The notes: generated by a model from the letters alone, not told the origin. 64,000 bases of DNA from Neodothiora populina (GCF_041146345.1 NW_027191405.1:1116001-1180000); one strand, 5' to 3'; positions 12,053 through 24,892 are shown, counted from the stretch's first letter. Numbers and translations: made by a program.

Positions 12053-12820
12053 ATGGCTGCAAATGTTGCATACGACGGTACCCATGCCGACCTTGGCATG
12101 GGTAGCCGTACATCTTTCCTGAACAGCAACGCCGATTTGTCTTTGTTCGACTCGGACGACATGTTCAGCTTCACCCCTGTGAACGAGACTGCCACTGCCC
12201 CTTCGACAGTCTCTCCAAAGGATGTTTTCATGGAGAGCATGAGCTCGGTTCCTTCTTCCTCGGCCTTCCCGGAGCTTACTCCTGGCTCCGAGATGCTCGC
12301 GACACCCGATACCTCTCCCTGGTTCACCGACAACCTCACCACTGGCGGTGACAACTACAGTTTCCCTCTTTTCCCGGATGCGGGCAACGATGACTTTGGT
12401 GACTTGACATCTTTCACTCCTTCGACGAAGCGCAGTGATTCGTCCACCTTACAGGTTGTCATTGCCGAGGCTCAGGAAACTCGTAAAGCATCTTCAGCTA
12501 GCATGTCTCCTATGGTTTCCGCGCTCAAGCACACTTCTTCCGCTGGCATCCGCAAGAGGCAGAAGCCTCTTCCTGCAATTGTTGTCGACTCTACCGATCC
12601 TATTGCTCTCAAGCGTGCTCGCAACACTGCTGCTGCTCGCAAGTCTCGTGAGAGGAAAGAGGCTCACCGTGACTCGCTTGAGTCGCGCATCGCCGAACTC
12701 GAGGCACTTCTCGAGCAACGTGATGCCGAGATCGCAACCTTGAAGGCTCAGACTTCGGCGAAGGATCCCTATGGTCTTTCTGAGCTGAGCTCTTTGGATG
12801 CCTTCAACAACACCAACTGA
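12053..12820 (+). CDS. cpcA: bZIP cross-pathway control activator CpcA/Cpc-1/Gcn4
   Basis: TVSPKD and FPLFP activation-domain motifs; KPLPAIVVD..DPIALKRARNTAAARKSRERK basic region plus leucine zipper; uORF-containing leader. Confidence 0.93.
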   Translation: MAANVAYDGTHADLGMGSRTSFLNSNADLSLFDSDDMFSFTPVNETATAPSTVSPKDVFMESMSSVPSSSAFPELTPGSEMLATPDTSPWFTDNLTTGGDNYSFPLFPDAGNDDFGDLTSFTPSTKRSDSSTLQVVIAEAQETRKASSASMSPMVSALKHTSSAGIRKRQKPLPAIVVDSTDPIALKRARNTAAARKSRERKEAHRDSLESRIAELEALLEQRDAEIATLKAQTSAKDPYGLSELSSLDAFNNTN

Positions 12821-13742
12821 GGGAAGCTCTTTGTATGTTTTTGTGCTTTGCCCACAAGTCTGCCCCCTTCTTATTGCTTGATATGATTTCCCGTCCTTAC
12901 CTGCCCCCGAAAAGTTGCTTATGATGCTGGTACTGCTCTACTCCTGTTGTGTTGTAAGGAGGTCTCCTCCTTTTCTTTTACTGCCGGTTCTGTAGTCTCC
13001 CGTCCTTTGGACGGTGATTTGACTCGTGGCTCTTTTCTAGTTTTAGTATACTCATACTCAATCATCAACCAATTGGTTTTCTAAAGATTTGTATGCCAGT
13101 TCTTCCGTCTATTGTGTTCAAGTGGTGATCATGATCGCACGACATGGTAGTCATTGTCGGATTTGTACGGCAGTTTGACGCCGATCTCGGACATAGCCTG
13201 TTTATAGGTGTGTATCTGCTGCTCAACGACCAGTGTACCAATAGTAGCCCTCACCAGTGATAGTGCGATGAGCAGGGAGCAACCTGTAGCGAGAAAGCTT
13301 ATTTGGACCGGCACGCCCTGTGACTTCCGTATCCTAACATGTCTATAACGACAAGTATAGGGATGCACGCCACAGACACTGTGTCGCTGCGATATGATCA
13401 GTCGATCATACCTTGATGTCTGCGTTGCACTGTTGCCTGTCGCTGCTTTGCGCCCTGTAATGCCTCGATTAGGCAAGTGCTTTATCTGTTGTGCGTGTGT
13501 TTGAGTATCAGTCAAGAGACAAGCGTCGAAGTGAGCCTTGAGGGTTGGCATATAAAGAACAAGAGATTGGCATTTATCTGCACATGTTCCATTGAAGTAG
13601 ACTCTCCTGTGCTCTTCACTCGTCAAGAACCTTGTCCTCCTGAAACGACCAAGTACTTATTATCCCACTATAAATCCAACGTGCAATCCCGACCCAAACT
13701 CCCCTTTTATCATCTCCCAAAAGAAAGCAAAAGAAAGCAAAA

Positions 13743-14624
13743 ATGACATCCCCAATCCCCTTCCAGAACATCCGCGTGCTATCCTTCGACATCTACGGCA
13801 CGCTAATCGACTGGGAATCCGGCCTTCACACCGGCCTCCTGTCCTCCCCGCTCGGCCCCCACCTCCGCTCCCTACCACGCAAACGAGTCCTCGAGACCTT
13901 CGAAGACCTCGAAGTCCAGATCCAAAAAGAGTCGCCCACGATGCTGCAGAGCGGCGTCAACGCCGAGGCCGTGAGACGGTACGCGCAGAGGCTGGGTGTT
14001 GTGGAGGCGCTCGGTGGCGAAGCGGCGCTCGACGAGGCCGCGAAGGTGTTTGGGGACAGTCTGGGGGAGTGGCCGACGTTTGAGGATACGGTGGGTGCGA
14101 TACAGAGGCTGGGGCAGAGGTTCAAGCTGGTGCCGCTGAGTAATGTTGATAATGAGTCGTGGGGGAAGGCGGCGAGGGGCCCGCTGAGCGAGTGTCGCTT
14201 CGATGCGGTTTATACTGCTGAGAATATTGGTATGTTTTCTTTTCCTTTCGCTTGTGGTTGGTTGGGGTTCGAAATGTCAGATGAGGAAGATACCTTATGA
14301 TGTGGCACGTGTGCTGATGGAATTGAACACAAAACAGGCAGCTACAAGCCTGATCCTCGCAACTTCGAGTACCTGTTCGAGCACATCAAGCAGGACTTCG
14401 GAGCCGAAAAGGAACAGCTGTGCCATGTTGCGCAAAGTCTGTATCACGATCACGCTGCCATCAAGCCGTTTGGCATTACGAGCGTCTGGGTAGACAGGAA
14501 GGGATTCATGGGTGGGAAGACTGAGGGACGGTCTGAGGCGGCCAAGGCTGATGAATATGGGTATCAGTTGCGGGTCGAGACTCTGGCGGAGCTGGCTGAT
14601 ATTATTGACAAGGCCATGGCATGA
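13743..14624 (+). CDS. HAD-superfamily haloacid dehalogenase-like hydrolase
   Basis: FDIYGTLIDWE motif I, LSNVD, and TAENIG/SYKPD across intron 14230-14337; HVAQSLYHDH; TGA at 14622-14624. Confidence 0.9.
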
Positions 14625-14803
14625 GTTAGAAGACGAGTTCCATGGCACGGAAAAGAATTCAAGTACTTTATGACAACAAGTTCAGTGAAAATTGTGGAGG
14701 CGGTCTTGAACGCTGCTTTTGTTTCTTTGTATATCTTCGTGGGCACTGATAAATGATGTCTTGGTATTTGAATATATGTAGACGTCCGGACTGAACAGGA
14801 CAT

Positions 14804-15536
14804 CTAAACGACACGCTTGACCTGTTGAAAAGAAAGAATGTCAGCAGATTGTAGTATATGAACAAAACAACATGGCTTACCTCGAAGAAGCGCTTCAGCC
14901 ACCAGACCTGGAAGACACCGACGCCAATGACAAACGACAGCTGGAAGACACTCCACCACTTGACTCTGGCGTTTGTGCTCTCGGCAGTGTTTCTGTGAGT
15001 GCGCTCTCTGACGACAATATAGCCCTGCTCGTCCTTGACCTGCGACAACATCTCGGACAGAGCGCGGACCTCCTTCTCCAGCGGATCCTGAGGAGCCTCG
15101 CTCTCGGGCACATAGACGACGCCGTGGACGTTGAAGCTGACCTCCTTGGTGTTGGCGGACCAGTGCTCGTTGCTGAAGCAGTAGGTGTATTTACCGTCCA
15201 TGCCCGCAGTGAAGGAGTGGTCGCCAGAGCTGACGGCGCGCTCGTGTACTTGGTAGGCATTGGCAGGGTTTTGGATCTTTGGCAGACAAGTCAGTCAGGA
15301 TGAAAAAAGGAGAAAGAGAGATGGGCCTGTCCTGTACACACCCAGAAATCGAGGTCCAGGTTTCCGCTGCCGCCAAACTCCCTGTCGCCGACTTGGAAAG
15401 TGACCGTCATCTTGTCATCCTTGTGCAGCTGTTCGTGGAAGCATTCGCGCACATGTGCCTTGAGCTGGATGTTGTGCGCCGATGTGATGGCGACGAGGCC
15501 ACAGAGCACCGCATAGAATAGAGCGAGGACGGCCAT
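14804..15536 (-). CDS. EMP24: p24 family cargo receptor Emp24 (GOLD domain)
   Basis: Signal peptide, ECFHEQL, GKYTYCFSNE, RERTHRNTAESTNARVKWWS, C-terminal FFEVKRVV*. Introns 15277-15341 and 14822-14880. Confidence 0.93.
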
Positions 15537-15538
15537 TT

Positions 15539-15540
<2 letters not shown>

Positions 15541-15570
<30 letters not shown>
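15541..15570. repeat. (GTT)10 microsatellite just 5' of the EMP24 start codon
   Basis: Perfect trinucleotide run seen directly; (AAC)n in the mRNA leader. Confidence 0.9.
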
Positions 15571-16330
15571 ATTGTCGCCGCTACAGCTTACAGACACAAA
15601 GCGATTGCGCAGTCGAGGTGTTAATTACCTAGACAGTTTGGGATGATTTATTGATGATTGCTGTCTTCTCCGCAAAACAACATTCCCCCCCCAGAACGGG
15701 TCCGAGCTTTCTTGCTCTACAGAGAGCCGCCGGGGATGCTGTCTACTAGAACCAACAACATCCTTCTGATTCGGTGAACACGCTTCCTCTCCTTGCGCAT
15801 ACAGTATCGCCCTTGATTCGAGAACAGAAGACACGTGTTGATTCTGGTGCATCAGAATTGTATCTCAATATGTGAGGTCTGAGGCGAGTGGCATGGGTGC
15901 TTCGTCATGCATGCTATCATGTTATCCTCACAGACATATTTCACTGTCATACACATATACTGCTTGATAGTCTCTTGCAGCAAAATAGGACACAGGCAGC
16001 CGTAGCAGTCTCATAGATCATAGCAGGTGTTCTTGCCTATCAGGTGCCATTGTAGTCTCCCTGTCGTGCCTCTTCTTCTGCACTTTTCACGGACTCGCAC
16101 TACTTTCGCAAGCTTGTGAGGTATCTATCCTTGTGCCCGTCTAGTCAAATGCTTGTGATGGGCTCATTACACTTAGGCACCACACAAGATTGAGAGTTAC
16201 AACATCTCCTCTCTCAACCAAGTACTTCCCTTCATCACAATCCAAGCACATGATATGAGCTTTCTATCCTCATAAGTCTTTTCTACCCTTCACATAATCC
16301 TCTTGCCATCAATCTCAAGAACCAGCAGCC

Positions 16331-17354
16331 ATGCCACAGCGTCCTCCTAACATACCTCGAGTTTCTTTATTCGACATCTTCATCGGCAAGGGTCGCACCA
16401 TCCGAGGCAATCCAGGTCCGCCAGGCGTAAGTTGTCTTTGTTTCTCTCTCACCTCTCAACCCTCTCCCACTGCCTGCTTTGGCAGAAGTAAAGAAAAGGG
16501 AATAACCCCCTCCTAAGTTCCCCCTGCTGGAGACTAGATACCTCCTCAATCAGCGTCCACCTAAAAGGGACAAGACAACATCTGCCGGCGCTCAGATAGT
16601 TGCTGTTGTCGAAAGTGACGAAGCAGCCAAAGACGAAAAGACCACCGGTGACGACAGTGCAAATGACAAACCCGCGGATGCCAACAGCAAAAAAGCCGAC
16701 GAGACCAAAGACGAAGAACCAAAAGCCAACAGCAACGGCAGTAAGAGACAAAACTCATCTACAAAGAGCCAGACCAAGTCATCCCGCACGAAGAACGCCT
16801 CCAAGGAAGAAATGCCCACAGGAGCCATCGACGCCTTTGTTTTCACCCCCGAAGAGGACGCCGAACTCATCAAGCTCAAGTCGGAAAACAAGTCCTGGAA
16901 GACGATCGCCAAGCAGATGCAGTTGCCACAAGGCCTCCTCAAGGCACGATTCAAGCAACTCGAAGCAGCAGCAGCAGCAGCAGACAAGTCGACCAGCGCC
17001 GTGAAAAGCGAAGAGAAGCGCACAAGCAAAAGGTCCTCTTCACGCCACCACCACACCAGCAGAGAATCAAACGAGCCCACCAAACCCGGCACCAAACCCA
17101 ACTCCGTCGCCCCAAGCAAAAAGAGCTCACGACCCCCACCACCACCACCACCGCCCGCAAGTACCGCGTTCTCCTCAATCTTCGAACTAAAAGAAGACGA
17201 GAGCTTTTCTTTTTCCGACCTGCAGCTTCTCGTCGACTTGCTCGAGGCCGACGCCCGCAGGGTTTGGGACAGGGTCGCCTCTGCGTTTTTCGATCGCACT
17301 GGGCGCAGGATCTTGCCTGGAGAGGTCAAGGCTAAGATGAGGGGGTTGCGTTGA
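16331..17354 (+). CDS. Uncharacterised protein with Myb/SANT-like motifs
   Basis: FTPEEDAELIKLKSENKSWKTIAKQM and WDRVASAFFDRTGRRI. Probable exon 1 is 16331-16426 (GTAAGT donor), spliced to an acceptor at about 16553; the 5' structure is uncertain. Confidence 0.65.
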
Positions 17355-18479
17355 TGTGCTATCTTGGGCCCATGCCATAGATCGAGTATGGGAGAAAGGT
17401 GGTTTATGGGAATGCAGAATCGATGCTGCGATTGTGCTGACTATCAGACCTGCGTTCAGAGGAAGCGTAATGCACAAATGACCACTCACCTCGGTACTCA
17501 ATCCGTGACTCTCTGAACCATGACGGCCTGCTGGTACCATTTGTATAGTAGTGATCGTCCTGCGAGACAAATCCTATGCCAGTGGATAAATTGATTCGAA
17601 CAGAGAAGAAACCCCCCCCCCCCTTTCCTCATCAATAATGCGAATACGAGAGGAAACAGAATTCCCATCCTGTCCACTACTAAGACAGTACTCTACAAAG
17701 CAAAAGAGAGAAGAAAGTGCCCATGTGATGACCTTGAAAGATCAACAGCCAGCAAGACAAGACGAGCAATTTCGAATTTTGTTGCATGCAAATGTGTGTG
17801 TGTGTATATACTACTATAAGCAATGAAGAACCGGTCCTGGGCGCATACAACTAGAACGGCACGCGCGCGTCTTCTCTTCTTGTTACGTTCTTGACTTTTG
17901 ACTAATACACGTACGCCTGTACACTGCTGTTCCTCGTCGCTGGGACTCGGAGCAGAGTTCCAATGATAGCGATATACAATAATATACACTTGGCCCAGAG
18001 TGCAAAACACGTGTGTACGAGCAAGGAAAAAAATGGAAGATAAGAAATTGGATAACTGGGCTGGCAAACGTAGATATACCACGTCGCCAATGAAAGATAG
18101 CAGGACCTTGGATATAGTCAAAAGAAGACCCCCACAAAGAAAAAGGAGATGGAAACGATGGTGGCAGGTGTGCCTGCAAGGTCCTAAACCTCATCAAGAG
18201 AAAAGAAAAGAAGCAAACGTGACAAAGTTTTATGATACGCAGCTGCGAGACTTTTTTATCCGCGAACCGCGTTTCGTTTTGCGATTGGCCAACCTTCGGA
18301 AAAAGAGCAGGTCCTGACACAAAACCCCGACAGTTTTCGCTCAAAACGCTGTGACAATGCCAAAACAGAAAACATTAATAGTACATATGGAGAACCACCC
18401 TTCCTTGAACCGTGGCCCAAAATAATATGCAGGATTCACGCCATGGTGATCCAAAATCGTGGTCATCATCATCAGCTCA

Positions 18480-21400
18480 TCACACGACAGCCGTGAGTCT
18501 GATTCGTGCAGCCAAGTCTTCGGTAGGACTCTGGAATCCATCATCAGAAGTCATACCGTCCGTCGTATTCATAGATCGTCGGGTTTGCATCGAGGGCGAA
18601 TCCGGCGCCTCCCGAAACCCACTCCCGATCCGTACCCCATCGTTGGCAGTATCGTGAACCGGTGGACTGGCATAGAGACCTTCGGCTTCACGAAGGATCC
18701 CTTTTACTCTATCGCGCAAGTCCTGGACATAAGGAATGATCCGTCGAAGGGTTGCGGTATCGAAATGAACCTTTTCCAACCCCTCACCCAACGACGGCCT
18801 AGAGTCTGACGAGACTCTTTTTTGTTGCAAGGCTTCGATTACAGATCGTGCGACAGCTTCGGAGTTCTTGCGTTGTCTCCTCGGGGTAGCTGGGATAATG
18901 TGAATCTCCTGGTCGCTCCGTATTGGCGAGCCAGGGAGACTCTCTCGGTCTGTCCGAGGCGAACTGCCTCGCTCCACACTTCTGCTCACTCTCACATCGA
19001 CCGACTCTTCGAAAGCGTCATGATCGCAGGTCGGTGAAGATGATGGTGTGTAACGAGGGGCCAGGGTATGCTCATCCGACTCCTGGTCTGCTAGATCGAT
19101 CATAGCCTCGACCTCGTTCCAAGTGGGCTCCTCCACGTGGTGGACCAGGTCAAGTGCCATGGCTCTGAGTCTCAGTTCCTTGATCTCCTCTATCAAGAGG
19201 CCCCAATCCCGTACGAGACTTATATTCGCTAGTACATTCGTTTGCTGCGCCCTGATAGCCGGCGGCACAAGCATACCGATGCCGCTGTCCAATCGCTTCT
19301 CGTCACCAACACTCAGTACAGGCAGATGGGGTTGAATGTCGCCAAAGTCGAAATCTTCGTTCCAGTCTTCGGTGACACCTTTGCTGCCAACACCCCAAGT
19401 GCCGAACTTGTTAGAGACAACCTGACTCCGGGCACCGTCGACCTCCGGGGCTACTGGGACGCTCTGGCTTCGGACATGCACACCGCTTGGGGCTCTTCTG
19501 CCTACAGATCTACTCCCTCGGTGCTCGGCATCTTTCTTGCCGTGGACCGTCTTCGGTCTGGGAGGTGAGCGGGACCCAGGGCTTCGATCTAGTGGCTGTT
19601 GCTCGGACCAGTCAAAAATGCTGCTGCGAGTATCCTTGTTTCCATGTCTGAAGGCTTGGCGCTGTGGCGTCAGTGTTGTAGGCGGGCTACTCACATCGAG
19701 CGATATCTGTGACAAGTCTGATGGTGTGAGGCCGAGATGAGCAAACCGGCTAGCCGGGTTGACTGGTTCCAATTCGTCCTCATCACCGCCGAAGGACCAC
19801 GAGCTTTCTTTATCATCGTCCGTATCATCAAAGGTTTTCTTATGTCTCAGATGAAGCAGAGAGGGCATTGCCGGAGGTGAAGTCGAGAGCGTATCTGGAG
19901 CTGGAGATGTGGCTGAGTGTGGAAGCGGTGAAGGAGCAGCCGACGATAGTCGAACCGACCGAGCAGGGGTTGACAACGCATCTTCCTCGTGTATGATGCT
20001 GTGTCGAGGTCTCAAAGCAAACCCCCCGTCTTGGTTGGAACCTCTTTGAAGTATGTCCCTTAGCAAGGTGTGTCCGCCATGTGTAGGCGGAGGCGGAGAT
20101 TCTTGAAATATAGTGTCGATAGCCGGACCCCGTCGGCCAGGGCTACTCCTGACAGCTTTTGCAGAGCCAAGATCAAGATAGTTCATTTTGTCTAGCTTTT
20201 CGTTATCTTCGTTATGACCACCAGCTCTAGTCGGATCAAAGTCAAAGTCTGACAGGGGCGTCGACCTGCGACGAGGAAGTGCTGTAGAAATGACATTGGA
20301 TTCTTCAACTGTGGCTAATTCCAACGGGTCATCTTGAAATTGTAGAGGTGGAGTGGCCAAGAAATCGTAAGCGGTAATTAATTCATCCGAACCCGTGGAG
20401 CGCTGCACGATATGGTGGCGAACAGTCGATGGTTCCGAATCCGGGTCCCATGTGCTGCTGTTATCAGGAACATCCTTCGGAGTAGCTGTGGCTGATGCCC
20501 GTCTGCTACCCCAATATCTACTCACGGAGTTACGAGAGAAAGGTCGAATGCGATCTTGTCCGTCGCTTGGAAGCCAGTCACCTATGTTCCAAGATCGTCG
20601 TGAGCCAGGTTCAGCTCGGCTGAGCTGCTCGACAGTGGAATAGTTTTCGACATGTCTTCTAGCGGGGACAACGGAGAAATCGTCATCTGCCTCAAAAGTC
20701 GCTGAAGAAGGCCGTGCGGATGATGAGAAGAGGCGTACACTGCTATTGTGGCTGTTGTCATCTTGAAATTCTAGCATCGCTCGGGCTATGGGCTCGGCTG
20801 CTGACACCAAGGTAGGAGTATATCTTCGATCTGGGTAGACACGCCTGATTGGATTAGGTATACTGGAGGAATTACGCCGTCTGTTCAGCGGTGCTGGGCC
20901 GGCATTAACTTTGGGAGTAAAGAAGGTACGCCATTTGGTAGCAGAGGGCTGAGAATACGTGGGTGACGAGAATGTGCCGTGGGCGGTTTGGATGCTCCTC
21001 GTCCGGCGTTCCTGCAGGGTGGCACTTCGCTGGTGACTTGTAGCTGGCCTCCGTAATGTAGGTTTGGGTATCTTAGAGTTTGTATTTGATGAAGGAGGAT
21101 GTAAGGACATGGAACGTTCCCGTTTCACCAACTTATTAGGTGGATTACTTTGTGGGGCAACGGGTTGACTTCCAAGTATCGGGGTGGTAGAGCGAGTTTT
21201 CGACAGGGCTATCGAGCCATTGGAAGGTGACACACAGACGGAGACAGGCCGGGGACTTGACTGCCTACTGGAACTCGATGTGGAGAAAGTAGACAGGCGC
21301 TTAAGCCAGGGCTGCGTTGTCGTTGTAGTAGAAGGCGTAGGAGCGACGATACTGGCAATATCCGATGGAGATCGAGAATAGGAATGATGGCCGTCCTTTG

Positions 21401-21590
21401 GCTCGGTGTTCCTCTGGCTCATTGTTGACCTAGGCTTTTCGGACCTCGCACTTGCATGTCTCGAATGTGAATTGTCGGACCTGGTAGTTCGGAGAGTCTG
21501 ACGGGCAGAGAAGGCGAAGGGAGTGGAAAACGACGAGGGGGTGGCGTATGTGTCAACGGTGTGTACCGTACAAGTAGCCGTCGATGTCAT
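18480..21590 (-). CDS. Large uncharacterised S/R/P-rich fungal protein
   Basis: Uninterrupted ORF of more than 1000 codons, with structured-looking C-terminal blocks (FGTWGVGSKGVTEDWNEDFDF, FDTATLRRI). First ATG at 21590; the true start is uncertain. Confidence 0.8.
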   Translation of the reverse strand: MTSTATCTVHTVDTYATPSSFSTPFAFSARQTLRTTRSDNSHSRHASARSEKPRSTMSQRNTEPKDGHHSYSRSPSDIASIVAPTPSTTTTTQPWLKRLSTFSTSSSSRQSSPRPVSVCVSPSNGSIALSKTRSTTPILGSQPVAPQSNPPNKLVKRERSMSLHPPSSNTNSKIPKPTLRRPATSHQRSATLQERRTRSIQTAHGTFSSPTYSQPSATKWRTFFTPKVNAGPAPLNRRRNSSSIPNPIRRVYPDRRYTPTLVSAAEPIARAMLEFQDDNSHNSSVRLFSSSARPSSATFEADDDFSVVPARRHVENYSTVEQLSRAEPGSRRSWNIGDWLPSDGQDRIRPFSRNSVSRYWGSRRASATATPKDVPDNSSTWDPDSEPSTVRHHIVQRSTGSDELITAYDFLATPPLQFQDDPLELATVEESNVISTALPRRRSTPLSDFDFDPTRAGGHNEDNEKLDKMNYLDLGSAKAVRSSPGRRGPAIDTIFQESPPPPTHGGHTLLRDILQRGSNQDGGFALRPRHSIIHEEDALSTPARSVRLSSAAPSPLPHSATSPAPDTLSTSPPAMPSLLHLRHKKTFDDTDDDKESSWSFGGDEDELEPVNPASRFAHLGLTPSDLSQISLDVSSPPTTLTPQRQAFRHGNKDTRSSIFDWSEQQPLDRSPGSRSPPRPKTVHGKKDAEHRGSRSVGRRAPSGVHVRSQSVPVAPEVDGARSQVVSNKFGTWGVGSKGVTEDWNEDFDFGDIQPHLPVLSVGDEKRLDSGIGMLVPPAIRAQQTNVLANISLVRDWGLLIEEIKELRLRAMALDLVHHVEEPTWNEVEAMIDLADQESDEHTLAPRYTPSSSPTCDHDAFEESVDVRVSRSVERGSSPRTDRESLPGSPIRSDQEIHIIPATPRRQRKNSEAVARSVIEALQQKRVSSDSRPSLGEGLEKVHFDTATLRRIIPYVQDLRDRVKGILREAEGLYASPPVHDTANDGVRIGSGFREAPDSPSMQTRRSMNTTDGMTSDDGFQSPTEDLAARIRLTAVV

Positions 21591-24500
21591 GTCAGAGAGA
21601 GGCGTGGATCGTGTTCGTCGAAGCAGAGTACGAGTAGGATGTCGAGTAGTGTCGTGGGTCTCGTTATGTCGAGAAGCGTGATCGTGAGTAAGATCGTGTT
21701 CCGGGCGAGCAACAACCAAGCCTAATAAAGACGTTGCAATGGCAGTGGTTGAAGCTGCGAGCTGTGGATGGATATGTCGTTAGTGATTTGTCCGCAGAGA
21801 TGAACGAAGAATCTCGAGGGCTATCATCAATGAGACAACACAATATCCAAAAAATAGAGTAGAGTGAAATTGCAAGGATGAGAGGACGGTATTTACACGC
21901 TCATGCTATCAGAATGCAGCGATATATGTTGCGAAGAATGCAAAGCAAGGCGGTGGTACATGTATGCATATATCATTCGTGGTTTGCAGTGATGATAAAC
22001 AACAATAACAACAGCGGCTGCGTCTTGGAGATGGGTTGGAAGGTGAAGATGAAGACGATGAGAAACAGAACAGAAAACACCAAGGCAAGGGGAAAGAACA
22101 CAAGAGGGTGGTTCACCGTCGGCACAGTCGTTTTCATGCTTTGCACAATGCCATGCGCACGCAGAAGTGACAGTAAGGAAGCGAAGAACGAGGCATTAAC
22201 AAGACAAGCCTCACAACAAGCGCATTCATTGTGGAGGAGAGACGCAACTCGACCAAAAGTGTTAAGAGCCCCACAGGAGCGCCAGAGAGCTTTGTGATAG
22301 ACAAGCGACAGGATCAATGATACCGTACTCAAAGTTTGACGGACAGCGCTCGGCGACCCATCCAGATGCGCGTAATTGCAAGCAACAAGGTTAAAGAAAA
22401 GACGGGTTGACAAAGATACTACTGTAGGATCGTCGCCCCCCCCAGGCACAACACACAGCGCACAACACAAGCCCCGGGAGCGAGACCCCTCTGCCGAAAT
22501 AGGCCATCTGAAACAGGTTTACCTCCAAGCCCCCAGATCCACCGTCACGGAGATATCAGGAACGATGGGTGATGCTCATCGGTTCAAAATCAATCCATCT
22601 CCTCACGGATCAAAAGTGATGCCAGACCGACAATCGACCATATTAATTCGATATATTGATGTGCTCTTCTCAATCTATCTGTGATGTGATGCTATTTACA
22701 TGTAAAAGGTCTGACCGTGGATCTTCGCCCGTTGTCTCTTTTTTTTAATTGCAAGCGGCCAAGGGATCCGTCAAGTCATCCGCCGGGTAGAAGTACTGCT
22801 CTCATGTCGTCTTTCTCTCCTCCTGGCGCAGCAGCCAGCCGCATTCTTGACGCCCTTCTGCTCGCCGCTCCCTCGCGCGGTAACGTGCAGCCTACAGAAA
22901 TTCCACTGCCGTACCACCTTGATACGAGCTACTGTACAATCCCGGTCGCCGTTACTGACTCAAATCCAGTAGCGAACGACCATCTAGCTTTTCTGGTGAG
23001 CAAGCGAATCCCTGGCGGCATCGAAGCTTCTTAGATCTACAAGTAATGAGTACTGCCCGAGTCCTGGGAGCCTCTGTGCCTTATGTCCCTTGTACAACTT
23101 CAGCTGTGCAGTATATATTATGATAACGGCGCCACAGGAATATGAATACAGCTTGTGGGACGTGTACACTCACTGCTGTTGTTTTTCTCGCTTTCGTATC
23201 GATGTCAGGCACGTGCTTGTCATTCGTACAAAATCTCCTTTTCGACAATCGATCGTGATCAATGGGTTGGCAAGGCAAAGTGATGTGCAAGTACGAACTG
23301 GCCGTACCCTGCTACTGGTGGTCATCCTGTGGGGCAAAGGCAATGTCCATCAGATCGTAGCGTTCCCGGAGGATTGGCAGCCATCGTTTCGAGGCAAAAT
23401 CGACCATTATTCGACGTGTTCGTCCGCTGGTGCCGCATCACTGTACATTGGTCACAGAACCTACCTTGGGGCTGGCCTTGGTGACCCGATAAATTCATAT
23501 ATCAAGCTTCCAAATCGCCGAACAGGCCAAACTGTCGCGCACGAACCATGGAGATCTGTATGCACTTACAAATGCTATTGAATGCATGGGTATGCATGTA
23601 CAACCAACCTTACGCAAAGACTTTCGGATGATACGAGTCGTGCTGATGTTCTGCGTTGGAGCGATTACTTGCATGTTCGAATTAGGCGGTGTTCTACTTG
23701 TATGTCATTACTGTTATGCAATGCATTTATCTTGCAGGGCAGATCTGACTGCTCCTTTTCCTGACAGATGCATGGCGTTCGAGCTGCGGTACGCCAGAGA
23801 CCTTGTCATTCTCGGCTCAAGATCAAGCTGATAAGAGGCAGATTGTTCATGTACCACTTTCCTAAAAAGCGCCCGCACGGGCAAGCAAGCAAGCCGCTGG
23901 GATCTGTATCCCCGTTTTCTGTAACACGCGTTGTCTTAAGCCCGACCATTAATTGATGATGCTAGCTACCTTAGCCATACTCAAAGCAAGGAGTGGGGCG
24001 TGGGGGCTGAAGCTTTGGAGAAGCTCCGCTGTCGGTCACGCAATACGTAACAAGGCGGATCGCTGGAATCTACCTTAGTGAGCAATCCACAAGCACTTGG
24101 CTGTACCGACCTGCTGGGTGTTATCGCATGAGGTGTATCGCTAACGCGATTCGTATAGCACTGCGCCGAACCTGTAAGTCGCTCTTCCGTGCAATTACCT
24201 GCCTCGGATTTAGCCTTGTTTCGAGCGCTTCAGACTTGAGCTGACAAGTACTTGGCTGTCAATCTGCAATGGTTATTGGTCAAGCACGATCGGTCTTAAT
24301 GCACAGCACGGACAAGTAGGTGTACCCATAACTGTAGACATACAAGTTTTCGACCCTTTGTGTTAGTTGCAAGCGAGGGAGATCAGGTTGTGAGGGGCCT
24401 AGGTGCCGCAGCAATGCGAGAAACGAGCATGCCATGTCGATGGTCGTCTGTCAAACCGCTCCAACCAGGAACAGCAATAACAGATAACCGGGATATTCTG

Positions 24501-24892
24501 CACCTAGAATATGTCTCGGCTGAGGTATATGCCAGGAGAAACAAGCGCTTGTCGAAGATGTTTCAGGAGCGAAAGAAGGTAGCACATGTATAAAATTAGA
24601 TGTGGATTGTATATTATATCGAAACTGCCCTGCCGAGCCTACATAAACTTATATATCTGCATAAGCCAATCATAAATTCGCTATACATTTTTCACATTAA
24701 GCTCTCGTCTGGTTTATGCTTCACAGCTTCTCACCCTACATTAGGTTCCATTAAAACGTGGAAGCTTCCGCATAAGACTTGGCAATAGCGCAACGCCACT
24801 GAATCCCTTGTCGAATATCAAGAACCTAAGACCCTGCTCAACCTTGCCAACAGAATCAAACGGCAGTGATAATTGTCGTAGTCTATCATACT

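Noticed and set aside
12078..12126. Possible intron GTACCC..AACAG in cpcA
   Set aside because: Removing 49 nt breaks the frame, and the unspliced frame is open.
21973..22470. Hydrophobic 165-aa ORF
   Set aside because: Non-ATG start; hydrophobicity derives from pyrimidine-rich UTR-like sequence.
23808..23830. CTCGGCTCAAGATCAAG resembling the U2 snRNA 5' region
   Set aside because: No GTAGTA branch-pairing sequence or Sm site follows.
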